Source: Candidatus Thorarchaeota archaeon
GTDB lineage: Archaea; Asgardarchaeota; Thorarchaeia; Thorarchaeales; Thorarchaeaceae
Length of the DNA: 64,000 nucleotides
Assembly (NCBI GenBank): GCA_048884785.1
Contig: JBHLQM010000006.1
Location: forward strand, 1,289-65,288
Reading direction: 5' to 3'
The first letter of the stretch is position 1. Each line of letters starts with the position of its first letter. The position numbers and the translations under genes are program-made. The notes below the pieces were generated by a model. The model was not told where the DNA came from, ran no database searches, and worked only from the letters and a program-made list of their open reading frames with translations. This document shows, piece by piece, positions 9,896 to 19,943 of the stretch.

Positions 9896-11473
9896 TTGTC
9901 AGAGAAAAAGAAAGGCGGATGGAAAGATAGTAACTGGTTTGTTAGTGCCTCTGGATTCTGGAGGGAATATCGGAAGCACAAGATAGGAATTCTCGGAATC
10001 ATTGTTTTGTTTTTCTACATCGGAATGGCATTTGGTGCACCCATATTTGCAACTCATGATCCCTCACCGAATGCCAAAGTTGCACCAAGTTTCCTTGCTC
10101 CAGGGTGGATGTCGTTCTTCGACCCGACTGGTGTAGCGACTGGCGAATTCATGCCTGATGAATTCCTGAATAATGCTGATGAGATATCAATTGAAGAACC
10201 AGTATCTGGACTTCATCAAGATGAGTTCGCTGCAGAGCATTTTGCTGATACTCAAGGCGAAGGTGCCATGAACTTAACGTGGACTCATACACCAGGGTCC
10301 ATGGATTGGCGATTGTATGACCCGTCAGGTCAAATGCCTGATAGTAATAGTTTCATCTACTTTACTCAATCTTTTGAGTGGACATACAATCGACTGCCAA
10401 GTGATGTCAATATGACCCTTGAGTATGCAGTCACTAGAACAGGTGATTTTCAGACTCAAGAAGCTGGTGGTCTGATGTTCAAGATATACATGTGGCTGAT
10501 TGATTCCAGCGGCAACTGGCGTCAAGTATACAGATCATTCCCGCCCTATACTGAGATTTACCAGAATCGAAGGATTGATCTTAACTATTTTGATATCGCT
10601 GAGGCCTGGCGAGGAATGATTGAGGATGAAACAGGCCAACAGGAAGATCCTGATAACATTCTAACTGTTGCCGTTGGTTTGGCCCCGACAAGCAATTTCC
10701 GATCATACCTTGCTACAGAACCCGAGGACGAATACACGGGATCAGTAACCGTCACGTTCAGACGTGTTAGTATGATGGTTTATGGAGATTACTTTGGTGT
10801 CCTAGGCACCACTGACAAGGGCGGAGATGCATGGAGTCAGTTAGTATTTGGCTCCCGTGTATCCCTGACAATCGGTATTCTCGCAACTGGTCTTGCAACA
10901 GCAGTTGGCGTAATTGTTGGTCTAGTTGCAGGCTACTTTGGTGGCAAGACTGATGAAGTTTTGATGAGATTTGTTGACTTCCTCTTGGTTATACCTAGTT
11001 TACCGCTCATGATGGTCTTGGCTGCCTTTCTCGGTCCGACCATTGAGAATATCATCGTTGTCATCTCAATACTTGGGTGGACGGGAACGTCGCGGCTCAT
11101 ACGGTCACAGGTGATGGCTGAGAAGAACAAGGCGTATGTGGAGTCAGCGCGAGCGATTGGTGCTTCAGATACCTACATTATCTTCAGGCATGTACTTCCA
11201 AATGTTACTCCAATTCTCTTTGCAAATATCACGCTGGGTGTAGTCGGAGCAATTCTATCTGAGTCTGGGCTTGCCTTTCTTGGTCTAACTGATCCAAGCG
11301 CTCCAAGCTGGGGCAGAATGCTGGCTGATGCACAGGGGACTGGTGGCTTTAGTGCAGGCGCATGGTGGGTTGTAGTATTCCCGGGCCTAATGATAACAAT
11401 ATTATCTCTGGCCTTTACCTTTGTGGGACATACTCTTGACCAAGTTCTAAATCCACGTCTCCGTGAGAGGTAG
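9896..11473 (+). CDS. dppC: Peptide ABC transporter permease DppC/OppC (paralogue 1) with large extracytoplasmic insertion
   Basis: LGTTDKG.D, GSRVSLTIG, EAA loop AYVESARAIGAS, HVLPN and PSWG. GGAGG SD precedes the TTG start. Confidence 0.92.
   Translation: MSEKKKGGWKDSNWFVSASGFWREYRKHKIGILGIIVLFFYIGMAFGAPIFATHDPSPNAKVAPSFLAPGWMSFFDPTGVATGEFMPDEFLNNADEISIEEPVSGLHQDEFAAEHFADTQGEGAMNLTWTHTPGSMDWRLYDPSGQMPDSNSFIYFTQSFEWTYNRLPSDVNMTLEYAVTRTGDFQTQEAGGLMFKIYMWLIDSSGNWRQVYRSFPPYTEIYQNRRIDLNYFDIAEAWRGMIEDETGQQEDPDNILTVAVGLAPTSNFRSYLATEPEDEYTGSVTVTFRRVSMMVYGDYFGVLGTTDKGGDAWSQLVFGSRVSLTIGILATGLATAVGVIVGLVAGYFGGKTDEVLMRFVDFLLVIPSLPLMMVLAAFLGPTIENIIVVISILGWTGTSRLIRSQVMAEKNKAYVESARAIGASDTYIIFRHVLPNVTPILFANITLGVVGAILSESGLAFLGLTDPSAPSWGRMLADAQGTGGFSAGAWWVVVFPGLMITILSLAFTFVGHTLDQVLNPRLRER
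11003..11169 (+). repeat. 167-bp exact direct repeat, copy 1 (inside dppC1)
   Basis: Identical to 14063..14229 (offset 3060); flanking codons differ at synonymous sites. Confidence 0.9.
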
Positions 11474-11669
11474 TTTCCAAAGTGAATGATGATTCCCAAT
11501 GTGGTATCATCATTCTTCTCCCTTTCTTTTTCATTAGAAATGTCTTTTGGGATTATTCTGTCATAGCTTCTCGATAGTTCGACAGTGACTTCCTTGAGCA
11601 TTATCCTTATTAGGATGTAAATTTCACATTATATTGGCTCACAGTACTTAGGGTCACTAGGTATTGTAA

Positions 11670-12734
11670 TTGGAGAGTCTGACAATGGGACTACGAGAGT
11701 ACGTAATTAGAAGAAGCATCTACATGTTTCTATTAGTTGTTGCAGTAGTCTGCTTCAACTTCTTTCTCTTCAGACTTCCCACACTTGTACTGGGTGTCAG
11801 TCCAGTCGACCTGATGATAAGTGAGGAACTTCGGAGGAACCTCACACGAGATGCGCTTGAGCAGCTCTATTTGAGATTCGGCCTCGTGCCTGATCCAGAC
11901 ATCTTTGACTGGATCTACATGTTCTGGCGCTATGTCGTTAATATGTTCACAGGCAACTTTGGCATATCCTTTGTCAGCCAGAAACCAGTCATGGATGAAA
12001 TCATGGCAAGATTGCCAAACACCCTTCTACTGATGGGTACATCCTCGATCGTATCAATCATCCTTGGTATCTGGACTGGTGTAAAGGTTGCTGCTGACCC
12101 CGGTTCTCGAAAAGATGTAAGTGCTGTTACTGTTGCGCTATTCATCTATGCTCTCCCAATATTTTGGTTGGGAATGATGCTATTGATGATATTCTCATTC
12201 TATCTTCCATCTATGACAGGCGGTTTCATTAATTTTCCACTGGGTGGTACCATTGACTACTCAGTTTGGGTTGCCGCAAAGGCTGATCCGCTTGGCGCAT
12301 TAGTTATAGCTGGAAACATCTTGCATCATCTCATCCTGCCAATGATCGCTCTAGGCGTTGGTGGATATGGTGGCTACTTCCTTTACATGCGAAACAACCT
12401 CATCGATGTCATGACCGAGGACTACATACTTACTGCGCGTGCAAAGGGTCTTGATGAGAACCAAGTTTTGTACAAGCACGGACTGAAGAATGCCATGCTA
12501 CCAATGGTCACAATCATCGCAATGACGTTTGGGTTCTTGATAAATGGAGCAACGCTTACAGAAACCGTCTTCAACTGGTATGGGTTGGGGCGGTATATCT
12601 TTGACAGCTTGTTCATTCTTGACTACCCAGTCGTTCAAGCGATATTCATGATCATAGCAATTACTGCAATTCTAGCAAACTTCGTTGCGGACCTGCTGTA
12701 TGGCGTACTTGATCCACGTATCAAATACGGATAG
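11670..12734 (+). CDS. dppB: Peptide ABC transporter permease DppB/OppB
   Basis: GNFGISF, RLPNT, DYILTARAKGL, TETVFNWYGLG and DPRI. Likely start is the ATG at 11685. Confidence 0.93.
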   Translation: MESLTMGLREYVIRRSIYMFLLVVAVVCFNFFLFRLPTLVLGVSPVDLMISEELRRNLTRDALEQLYLRFGLVPDPDIFDWIYMFWRYVVNMFTGNFGISFVSQKPVMDEIMARLPNTLLLMGTSSIVSIILGIWTGVKVAADPGSRKDVSAVTVALFIYALPIFWLGMMLLMIFSFYLPSMTGGFINFPLGGTIDYSVWVAAKADPLGALVIAGNILHHLILPMIALGVGGYGGYFLYMRNNLIDVMTEDYILTARAKGLDENQVLYKHGLKNAMLPMVTIIAMTFGFLINGATLTETVFNWYGLGRYIFDSLFILDYPVVQAIFMIIAITAILANFVADLLYGVLDPRIKYG

Positions 12735-12753
12735 TCTAGCTTTCCGCATCTAG

Positions 12754-12788
12754 GGATAGCCCCTCGGGGCTTCCTTTTTTCTTCTTTT
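12754..12788 (+). terminator. Hairpin plus T-tract after dppB
   Basis: GGATAGCCCC-TC-GGGGCTTCC followed by TTTTTTCTTCTTTT. Confidence 0.65.
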
Positions 12789-12928
12789 GCAGCATGTTAT
12801 TCCGATTTATCGAAAGGAGTGCACATACCAACTTCATTTTATTTAGAATTAGTATGATAATGCAAAATCAGCAAGGTTGATAAGCCCCTCAAAAATGGGC
12901 CGAACAGCCTTCTGATAGTAACTATCCA

Positions 12929-14533
12929 TTGAAGAACTCAGAGCTAGAGATACAGGTGAATACAGTGACTGAGACTAGGAAAAGCAGCTGGAAGGACAGC
13001 AATTGGTATGTCGGGATATCTGGATTCTGGAGCGAGTACAAGCGTCACAAAATTGGCCTAATTGGAATTGGAGTATTGCTGATGTTTGCTTTAATGGCAA
13101 TTACTGCACCTGCTCTAGCTACGCATGATCCTTCACCAAACAATAAAGTTGCACCGAGTTTCTTGGCTCCTGCTTGGATGAATTTCTTTGATCCAACTGG
13201 TGTTGTAACAGAACAGCGTATTCCTGACCCGAAATTTGGCAGTACTCCAGCTATTGTTATTGCAGGGACTGCTGAGGATTCATTCTCAACGGCTCATGGT
13301 ACTGCGGATAGCTCACTGGGAAAAAGCCATGTCAATTTAACATGGACTCATATTGCTGGAGCGAACCTTAATTTCACCCGAGATCCCAATCGTGAGCTTC
13401 CAGATACTGGCGATTTCATCTATACAATGCAATCATTCGAGTGGCCATATGAACGTCTTCCGAGCGATGTAAATATGACACTTGAGTTCGGTACAACCAG
13501 GACTGGAGATTTTCTTACACAGGAGTATGGTGGCCTGATGTTCAAGGTGTATATCTGGCTTATTGACTCCTCAGGAAATTGGAGACGAGTATATGCATCT
13601 AATCCGCCATATAGCACAATCATTCAAAATCGAAGGATTGATTTGAATTATTTTGATATTTCTGCTGGATGGAGGGGAATGATTTCCACCAATGGGGACC
13701 AAGAAGATCCTGAGGATGTTCTTACCGTTGCAGTGGGTCTAGCTCCGTCCGCTAATTTTGAGGACTTTCTTGGTTCTAGTCCATGGGAAGAATACACTGG
13801 TAGCGTTACAGTGACTATAGCCAAGCTTGAATTGGTAGCATATGGGGACTACTTCGGAGTTCTTGGAACAACAGATAAGGGTGCAGATGCTTGGAGCCAA
13901 CTGGTATACGGGTCTCGCATTTCGCTCACTATTGGAATACTTGCAACAGCATTGTCAACTGTGGTTGGTGTGATTGTGGGAATGACAGCCGGGTACTTCG
14001 GTGGTAAGACTGATGAGATTCTAATGCGAGTTGTTGATTTCTTGCTTGTAATTCCTGGTCTCCCGCTCATGATGGTCTTGGCTGCCTTTCTCGGTCCGAC
14101 CATTGAGAATATCATCGTTGTCATCTCAATACTTGGGTGGACGGGAACGTCGCGGCTCATACGGTCACAGGTGATGGCTGAGAAGAACAAGGCGTATGTG
14201 GAGTCAGCGCGAGCGATTGGTGCTTCAGACACCTATATTATTTATCGGCACATCCTTCCAAATGTAACTCCGATCTTATTTGCAGATATCACGCTTGGAG
14301 TGGTGGGTGCCATTCTATCTGAATCTGGGCTTGCCTTTCTTGGTCTGACCGATCCCAACCAACCTAGTTGGGGTAGAATGCTTGCAGATGCACAGGGAAC
14401 AGGAGGCTTTAGTGCAGGCGCATGGTGGGTTGTGGTATTTCCGGGCCTGATGATTACTATCATATCCCTTGCCTTTACCTTCGTTGGGCATACACTTGAT
14501 CAAGTGTTAAACCCGCGACTACGTGAGAGGTAA
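12929..14533 (+). CDS. dppC: Peptide ABC transporter permease DppC/OppC (paralogue 2) with large extracytoplasmic insertion
   Basis: Paralogue of 9896..11473 with the same permease motifs. Has its own TGATAAG promoter-like element at ~12878. Confidence 0.92.
   Translation: MKNSELEIQVNTVTETRKSSWKDSNWYVGISGFWSEYKRHKIGLIGIGVLLMFALMAITAPALATHDPSPNNKVAPSFLAPAWMNFFDPTGVVTEQRIPDPKFGSTPAIVIAGTAEDSFSTAHGTADSSLGKSHVNLTWTHIAGANLNFTRDPNRELPDTGDFIYTMQSFEWPYERLPSDVNMTLEFGTTRTGDFLTQEYGGLMFKVYIWLIDSSGNWRRVYASNPPYSTIIQNRRIDLNYFDISAGWRGMISTNGDQEDPEDVLTVAVGLAPSANFEDFLGSSPWEEYTGSVTVTIAKLELVAYGDYFGVLGTTDKGADAWSQLVYGSRISLTIGILATALSTVVGVIVGMTAGYFGGKTDEILMRVVDFLLVIPGLPLMMVLAAFLGPTIENIIVVISILGWTGTSRLIRSQVMAEKNKAYVESARAIGASDTYIIYRHILPNVTPILFADITLGVVGAILSESGLAFLGLTDPNQPSWGRMLADAQGTGGFSAGAWWVVVFPGLMITIISLAFTFVGHTLDQVLNPRLRER
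14063..14229 (+). repeat. 167-bp exact direct repeat, copy 2 (inside dppC2)
   Basis: Identical to 11003..11169. Confidence 0.9.
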
Positions 14534-14706
14534 GATTTGATGATGGGTGGCCCCCAATTCACTCCATCTTTCTCGTATTTGAATACCTGTCTTCCTAACT
14601 ATACGCAAAACCGAAAATAGCGAATTTCGGACAACACAAGCCTTTTATTATGTATTAATTGACTGAGTACATCCGATTCGACTCGGAAAAGGAGATAGAG
14701 AGAATA

Positions 14707-16539
14707 ATGGCTAGCAGTCGTGCTAAAAGAGCACTTGCTTTGTCGTTAGTTGCGGCTTTTGCGTTTATGGCAATCTCACCGATTTTTGCCACCGCGCAAA
14801 CAACAATCCCTGGGACCCTAAAGAATGGTCCCTATATTGACAAACTTGTCTTTAGTGTGATTACGCAAGACGACCAGCAAGTCCTCGCTCTACAAGACGA
14901 TGAGATCGACCTCATTGGTGACATGGTCGATCCAAGCTTCCTTCCAGCATTGGAAGAAGCTGAAAATATCGAAGTAGCAAACGTATTGAGAAACGGATAC
15001 GGTTATGTTGTAATCAAAACCGACAAGTATCCATTCAACATCACTAACTTCCGAAGAGCTCTTGCATTCGCTCTTGACAAGGAAGCTATTTCCGACGACG
15101 TCTGGGATGGTCTATCTGAGCCACAGGACAGTGTTGTACCAAAAGTCAACCCAATGTCCATTGAAGGCCAGCTGCCTTACACCTATTATGAGGCAAACAT
15201 TCCACTCGGTCAGCAGCTCCTTGCTGAAGCAGGCTTCGCGAATGTTGACGATGATGATTGGCTTGAGGCACCTGACGGTTCAGACTTTGACGTCCTCGTT
15301 GAGTGTGCACAGTCATCCAACATCGCTATTGAGGTTGGAGCACTTGTAGCTGATGCACTTGTTGCTCTAGGGGTACAGGCGGTATCGCAACCAACTGACT
15401 TCTATGAATACCTCAACAGATTGTACTTCCACGGAGACTTCGACATTGTCTTCCTTGGTGCAAGCTTCACAAACTTCGATGTTGACTGGCTCGCATATGA
15501 GTACTGGTCTGAATATGCTGATGAACCCTACTGGAACTTCCCAAGTTGGAGAAACGCTTCTTATGATGCCTGGCGAGATCAGCTCCTCCATGCTACAGAG
15601 TATGAGGATGTCTATGAGGCAGCTATCAAGATGCAGGAGATTTGGGTGCATGCTTCACCTCAGATCATCTGCTACGAGAATGTGCTTCTATCTGCATATC
15701 GGACAGACAAATTTGATGGATTCATCAACGATGTCAGTGATGGTGTGCCAGGTTGGTGGACAAACTACAAGGTTCACTTGAAGGACGCGCTTGGTGGTCC
15801 ATTTGGTGGTACATTCCGCTGGAGTAATCCACTTGACCTTGACACATTCAACTTCATGGTAAGCTCATCTGCTTACACAATGAATGTTCTTAACCAGCTA
15901 TACGACAGTCTGATACAGCAAGACTCGGAAGGGAATGATGTCTTGTGGCTTGCCGAATCATATGTGGCAGAGACCCATGATGACAATCCAAGTGTGCCTG
16001 ATGGATACACTAGATTCACATTCCAGATGATTCAGAATGCTACCTGGACAGATGGTAGCCCACTCACAGCAGAGGATGTTGCATTCTCATTGAACTACTT
16101 CAGAGATGCAGCAGGTAATCCATACGGTGTTGATCTCACTGAGATGACAGCGGCATACGCACCAACAACGTACACTCTGATTGTTGAGTTCTCAAGTGAA
16201 TCATTCTGGCATCTGCACACTGTTGCATACAAACCAATCATTCCGAAGCACGTGTTCCAGGATATTGGTCTTGATGGATGGAACCTCTGGAATCCCAATC
16301 CTCCAACTGAGGAAATGGTCACCTCTGGTCCATTCACTGTTTCTGACTACGTTGCTGGTGAGTTCACTGAGCTAACCTACAATCCGGACTACTTCTTTGG
16401 TCTTGACAGGACAACTCCAACCACTCCCACAGGTCCAACTACTCCAACCACTGACCTCACAATGGCAATCGTTGCCGGTGCAGTTGGTGCTGCAGTTGTT
16501 ATCTTGGTCGGTGGCTATGTCCTTATGAGACAGAGATAA
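14707..16539 (+). CDS. dppA: Family-5 peptide-binding protein (DppA/OppA), circularly permuted, C-terminally membrane-anchored
   Basis: Signal peptide; GPYIDKLVF, NFRRALAFALDK, WTDGSPLTAEDVAFS and SGPF..YNPDY; Thr/Pro linker, TM helix and basic tail. ATG at 14707 follows GGAG (track start 14659). Confidence 0.9.
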   Translation: MASSRAKRALALSLVAAFAFMAISPIFATAQTTIPGTLKNGPYIDKLVFSVITQDDQQVLALQDDEIDLIGDMVDPSFLPALEEAENIEVANVLRNGYGYVVIKTDKYPFNITNFRRALAFALDKEAISDDVWDGLSEPQDSVVPKVNPMSIEGQLPYTYYEANIPLGQQLLAEAGFANVDDDDWLEAPDGSDFDVLVECAQSSNIAIEVGALVADALVALGVQAVSQPTDFYEYLNRLYFHGDFDIVFLGASFTNFDVDWLAYEYWSEYADEPYWNFPSWRNASYDAWRDQLLHATEYEDVYEAAIKMQEIWVHASPQIICYENVLLSAYRTDKFDGFINDVSDGVPGWWTNYKVHLKDALGGPFGGTFRWSNPLDLDTFNFMVSSSAYTMNVLNQLYDSLIQQDSEGNDVLWLAESYVAETHDDNPSVPDGYTRFTFQMIQNATWTDGSPLTAEDVAFSLNYFRDAAGNPYGVDLTEMTAAYAPTTYTLIVEFSSESFWHLHTVAYKPIIPKHVFQDIGLDGWNLWNPNPPTEEMVTSGPFTVSDYVAGEFTELTYNPDYFFGLDRTTPTTPTGPTTPTTDLTMAIVAGAVGAAVVILVGGYVLMRQR

Positions 16540-16548
16540 ACCAGTTCA

Positions 16549-16581
16549 AGGGGACACTGGTCCCCTCCCCCTTTCTTTTTT
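16549..16581 (+). terminator. Hairpin plus T-tract after dppA
   Basis: AGGGGAC-ACTG-GTCCCCT followed by a pyrimidine/T run. Confidence 0.65.
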
Positions 16582-16669
16582 GATTCCATGCGGAAAGACT
16601 AAGTGGACATAGAATTTAATCTTGCAGCGTACTCTATGCTTTTAACACACAACATATACCTCGAACTAC

Positions 16670-17548
16670 GTGAAGAGCATGGAAATACAACGAAATCAGA
16701 TACTTCTAATAATTCTATCAGGACTTCCTCTCTTTCTGGGTTCAGGCTTTTCTCTTCTTGTCCTTGACTCCTCTGTTATTGGCAATCTCTTAGGAAATGC
16801 GCAGGCATACTCAGTATTCGAGTTGATTATTCAAGCCGTTATATCCACAGCCATGGGCACACTTATTGTTCTAGCTTTATTTTACACTATTCAAAGGCGT
16901 GGCAAGACTGCTAAACGATTGATGATTGCAGTTGTTGTTTCACCCATACTATATTTCGTTTCTATTTTCTTGGGCGAATCGTTCTTGCTTATTCTCTTCA
17001 AAGGATCTGCAAATCTGTTTCAGGGATTCATTTCAATACTGTCTCTAGGAATTGCAATGCTCTCGCTGGCAATGATTTTAATGGATGCATTTCCTCCTAC
17101 ACTCAAGAGCGTATTTGTGGCATTTTATGGTAGCATTTTCGGTATTTTCTTGGGAATCATAATGGTCACATCTACGATGTTTGTGCTGATTATTTCTCTA
17201 ATATTGGAGGATTATTTCCTCACAAGAATGTCTCCAGTAGTTGATGAGGTGGCGATGTCAGGTAGGGTTGGTGAAGATCCATTTGACTACACTCGAATAA
17301 AATCGCAATCTGTTGTTGTTGGTGTGGGGGACTATGTCGCCTTTTCTCTGCTCTCTGCTCATTCAATTGTCTATTTTCCTCTCCATGTTTCGATAATGTC
17401 TATTCTTTTGGCTCTTGCAGGGGTAATTGTCAATGTACTAGTATTGGCTCGAGAAGGAAAAATTCTCCCTGGAATTCCGCTACCTGCATTGCTTGGTATT
17501 TTTCCATGGATAGTACACATTGCATCTTTGGCAATGTTCATTATTTGA
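16670..17548 (+). CDS. Presenilin/signal-peptide-peptidase-like GxGD intramembrane aspartyl protease
   Basis: About 9 TMs; first Asp in LILEDY, GVGD motif, C-terminal LPGIPLPAL. Confidence 0.72.
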   Translation: MKSMEIQRNQILLIILSGLPLFLGSGFSLLVLDSSVIGNLLGNAQAYSVFELIIQAVISTAMGTLIVLALFYTIQRRGKTAKRLMIAVVVSPILYFVSIFLGESFLLILFKGSANLFQGFISILSLGIAMLSLAMILMDAFPPTLKSVFVAFYGSIFGIFLGIIMVTSTMFVLIISLILEDYFLTRMSPVVDEVAMSGRVGEDPFDYTRIKSQSVVVGVGDYVAFSLLSAHSIVYFPLHVSIMSILLALAGVIVNVLVLAREGKILPGIPLPALLGIFPWIVHIASLAMFII

Positions 17549-17612
17549 ATGCGGTCATGCGTCAAGCGGAAGTAAGATATTCAGAATTCAAGGAAGATTG
17601 GAGTGATTCGCC

Positions 17613-18164
17613 ATGATTTCAGACATAAAGACCCAGAACATAATTCTTGTAGCTACACTTCTTGTAGGGCTTGTGAGTGCCGTAGGATTAGCTTCCAGTG
17701 CTTCTTGGTACAGTGGAAGCTACACAATTGTTAGATATCTCGATATCGATTTGGTGGATGTTCGGGTGGCGAATCTCGATCTTGAGAATACAACAGTGAA
17801 TCCCGCATTGTTATTTGATTTTAAGGTTGTAGCTCCATCAGCAGCAGCCGGTGAGGCTGAGTTGTCATATTTTACAATGGTAGTCCATCTGAATGGAGAA
17901 AAAATAGCCTATGCTCCATTTCGGAAATCTGTTCCATTAGATCTTCGAACAATCTATCCTGAATACAATCAAACATACACAATTGGATCCACAATAATAG
18001 AAGATTTGGATAAACAGATTCTCTATGATGCTGCAACCAATGACGAGTGGACATTTAGTCTGACATTATATGTATTCTATGATGTCTTTCAGTCTGTCGG
18101 TGATCAAGTCAGGGTTATAGCGTATAGCTATCAGGGTGCCCCATCCGGCTGGGAAGGGATTTAA
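17613..18164 (+). CDS. Hypothetical membrane-anchored or secreted beta-sandwich protein
   Basis: N-terminal hydrophobic segment, beta-rich body; GGAGTGA SD before the ATG. Confidence 0.65.
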   Translation: MISDIKTQNIILVATLLVGLVSAVGLASSASWYSGSYTIVRYLDIDLVDVRVANLDLENTTVNPALLFDFKVVAPSAAAGEAELSYFTMVVHLNGEKIAYAPFRKSVPLDLRTIYPEYNQTYTIGSTIIEDLDKQILYDAATNDEWTFSLTLYVFYDVFQSVGDQVRVIAYSYQGAPSGWEGI

Positions 18165-19207
18165 TTCGATAATGCATTTTTTAGTTTGGTAATCCTTTCA
18201 ACTGCCACATCATCCACTCCCTCAAGCTTTGCAAGCTCCACAGAAAGCATATCAAGGAGAAATGTATGCGCCATCATTTCCTCAAACCCTGTTGATGCTT
18301 GGTGCCATATATGAATTGGGTTGCAATCATCATCGGTGTAAATCTCGGATGTCGCCCTAAATCGAGCGGCTATTCTTGGATTTTCGGTTATACTCCTTAG
18401 GAAGATAGGTTGTATATTGCTTTGAGAAAACCATCCAATGCTTTCAATCTCATTATGATTAGCCTCTGGAATAAGAGAGGCAAATGATGCAGTTTTCGCA
18501 TTCTCATTGATTTGGCATTTTGCTCGATATGCAACTGCTGCCAGATGTTCTGATGCCATAAAGAGTGGTATTTTTCCCTCTAGTTTATGAGCTAGTTTGA
18601 GAGGTGCGTTTTCATCTGAAACCCATTTTTTCTGCACTAATGCCAGTCTTTTTCCAACTTCAACCAAATCCGTTCTATTAATGCCAACAAGCGTTTCGAT
18701 AAGAGGCAATTCTACTGACAAAATCAAAGGAAGTGCCGCTCTTGGTTGAAATCCCTTTGGCAACGTAATATAGGCATCATCGCTAACCATTTTCGGTAAT
18801 TTCCCCCCTGAAGTGATTGCAAAGGTCTTGCATCCTCTATGCATTGCATCTTCTGCTGCACTAAGAGTTTCCTCGGTATTTCCAGAATAGCTAACAGCTA
18901 TTGTCGTCCAGTTCTCGTTCACATACATGGGAACGGTGTAATCCTTCACAGAAATGATGGGCGTTGACGATTTGGAAACCAATATACACCTTATCATTTC
19001 TCCTGCAATTGATGATCCTCCCATCCCAAGAAGACAAATACCATCAATACCCTCTCTCCTGACCTTTTCAGCATGGTTCAATGACTTTGGTTCTGGCTCA
19101 ATCACCCCTAGCATATTTGGAAAATTCTCCACCATGCTGCGCATATTTTTCTTGTTTATCTTCTCAAAAACCAAATCGAGCACCAGCATAACGGTATGTG
19201 TAAGCAA
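18161..19207 (-). CDS. Bifunctional phosphoglucose/phosphomannose isomerase (SIS domains)
   Basis: GMGGS, SYSGNTEET, TSGG, QPR, ENAK and EANHN. Confidence 0.9.
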   Translation of the reverse strand: MLTHTVMLVLDLVFEKINKKNMRSMVENFPNMLGVIEPEPKSLNHAEKVRREGIDGICLLGMGGSSIAGEMIRCILVSKSSTPIISVKDYTVPMYVNENWTTIAVSYSGNTEETLSAAEDAMHRGCKTFAITSGGKLPKMVSDDAYITLPKGFQPRAALPLILSVELPLIETLVGINRTDLVEVGKRLALVQKKWVSDENAPLKLAHKLEGKIPLFMASEHLAAVAYRAKCQINENAKTASFASLIPEANHNEIESIGWFSQSNIQPIFLRSITENPRIAARFRATSEIYTDDDCNPIHIWHQASTGFEEMMAHTFLLDMLSVELAKLEGVDDVAVERITKLKNALSN

Positions 19208-19347
19208 CTAAAGATGATTTCCGTTTTGTATTCTCTATATCTAAGGGCGAAGCAACTGGAAGATGGCTTAGATTATGGCTTTTCATAATGCAGAAAACTA
19301 ATACGTTGCATATGTTTCTCTTTAACCATCAAACAGATTCTGAGGGA

Positions 19348-19851
19348 ATGATTATGGGCCTAATGAGAAGTGCTGCAGTGAAAGGTATTATCCCGCCAGG
19401 AAATAAGGTAAGCGAACTTCGTAGCAATCTGATGCGTCTAATGACCACAATGGCTCTTGTTATGGAAGAACGCTTTGGCAAGGAAGGACTTGCCGCTGTT
19501 TCAGAGATTTTTGGAAAGCTAGGAGAAGAGGATGCAAAGACTCTCAAAGAGCGATTGGGTCTTGGGGATGGTCTTAAAGATGCTCTTGATGCATGGTTGG
19601 TCATTGGTCATGTTATGGGATCTAAGATGGACACAACATGGATCTCCAATAATCGAGTAGAAACCGATCATCCTTTCTGTCCACAATATGAGGTCTTTAA
19701 GGAAAAGGGAACCCTGTATTGTGAATCCGTCTGTTGGCCTTATGTAGAGGCAGTTGCAGTTGGAGTAGCCAAAGGGGCGAAGATGGAGGTTGTGCGTCCT
19801 GCAAATCAGCAGAATGCCTGTAGAAAAGCGATTCTCTTGACTAGGGATTGA
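19348..19851 (+). CDS. Hypothetical V4R/ATC-hydrolase-like protein with conserved cysteines
   Basis: Pattern ERFGKE...CPQY...YCESVC...ACR. Track start is 19288; probable start is 19348 or 19354. Confidence 0.6.
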   Translation: MIMGLMRSAAVKGIIPPGNKVSELRSNLMRLMTTMALVMEERFGKEGLAAVSEIFGKLGEEDAKTLKERLGLGDGLKDALDAWLVIGHVMGSKMDTTWISNNRVETDHPFCPQYEVFKEKGTLYCESVCWPYVEAVAVGVAKGAKMEVVRPANQQNACRKAILLTRD

Positions 19852-19943
19852 CAAAAGTGAACTATATTGCCTATTCTACTCGTAGGTGTGAGGAAATTCT
19901 TGACACTACCCTTAAGTGCAAGCTATAATCAAAAATGATGTGA

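Noticed and set aside
11003-14229. dppC repeat as a diversity-generating retroelement TR/VR pair
   Set aside because: The copies are identical with no adenine-specific differences; no reverse transcriptase in the window.
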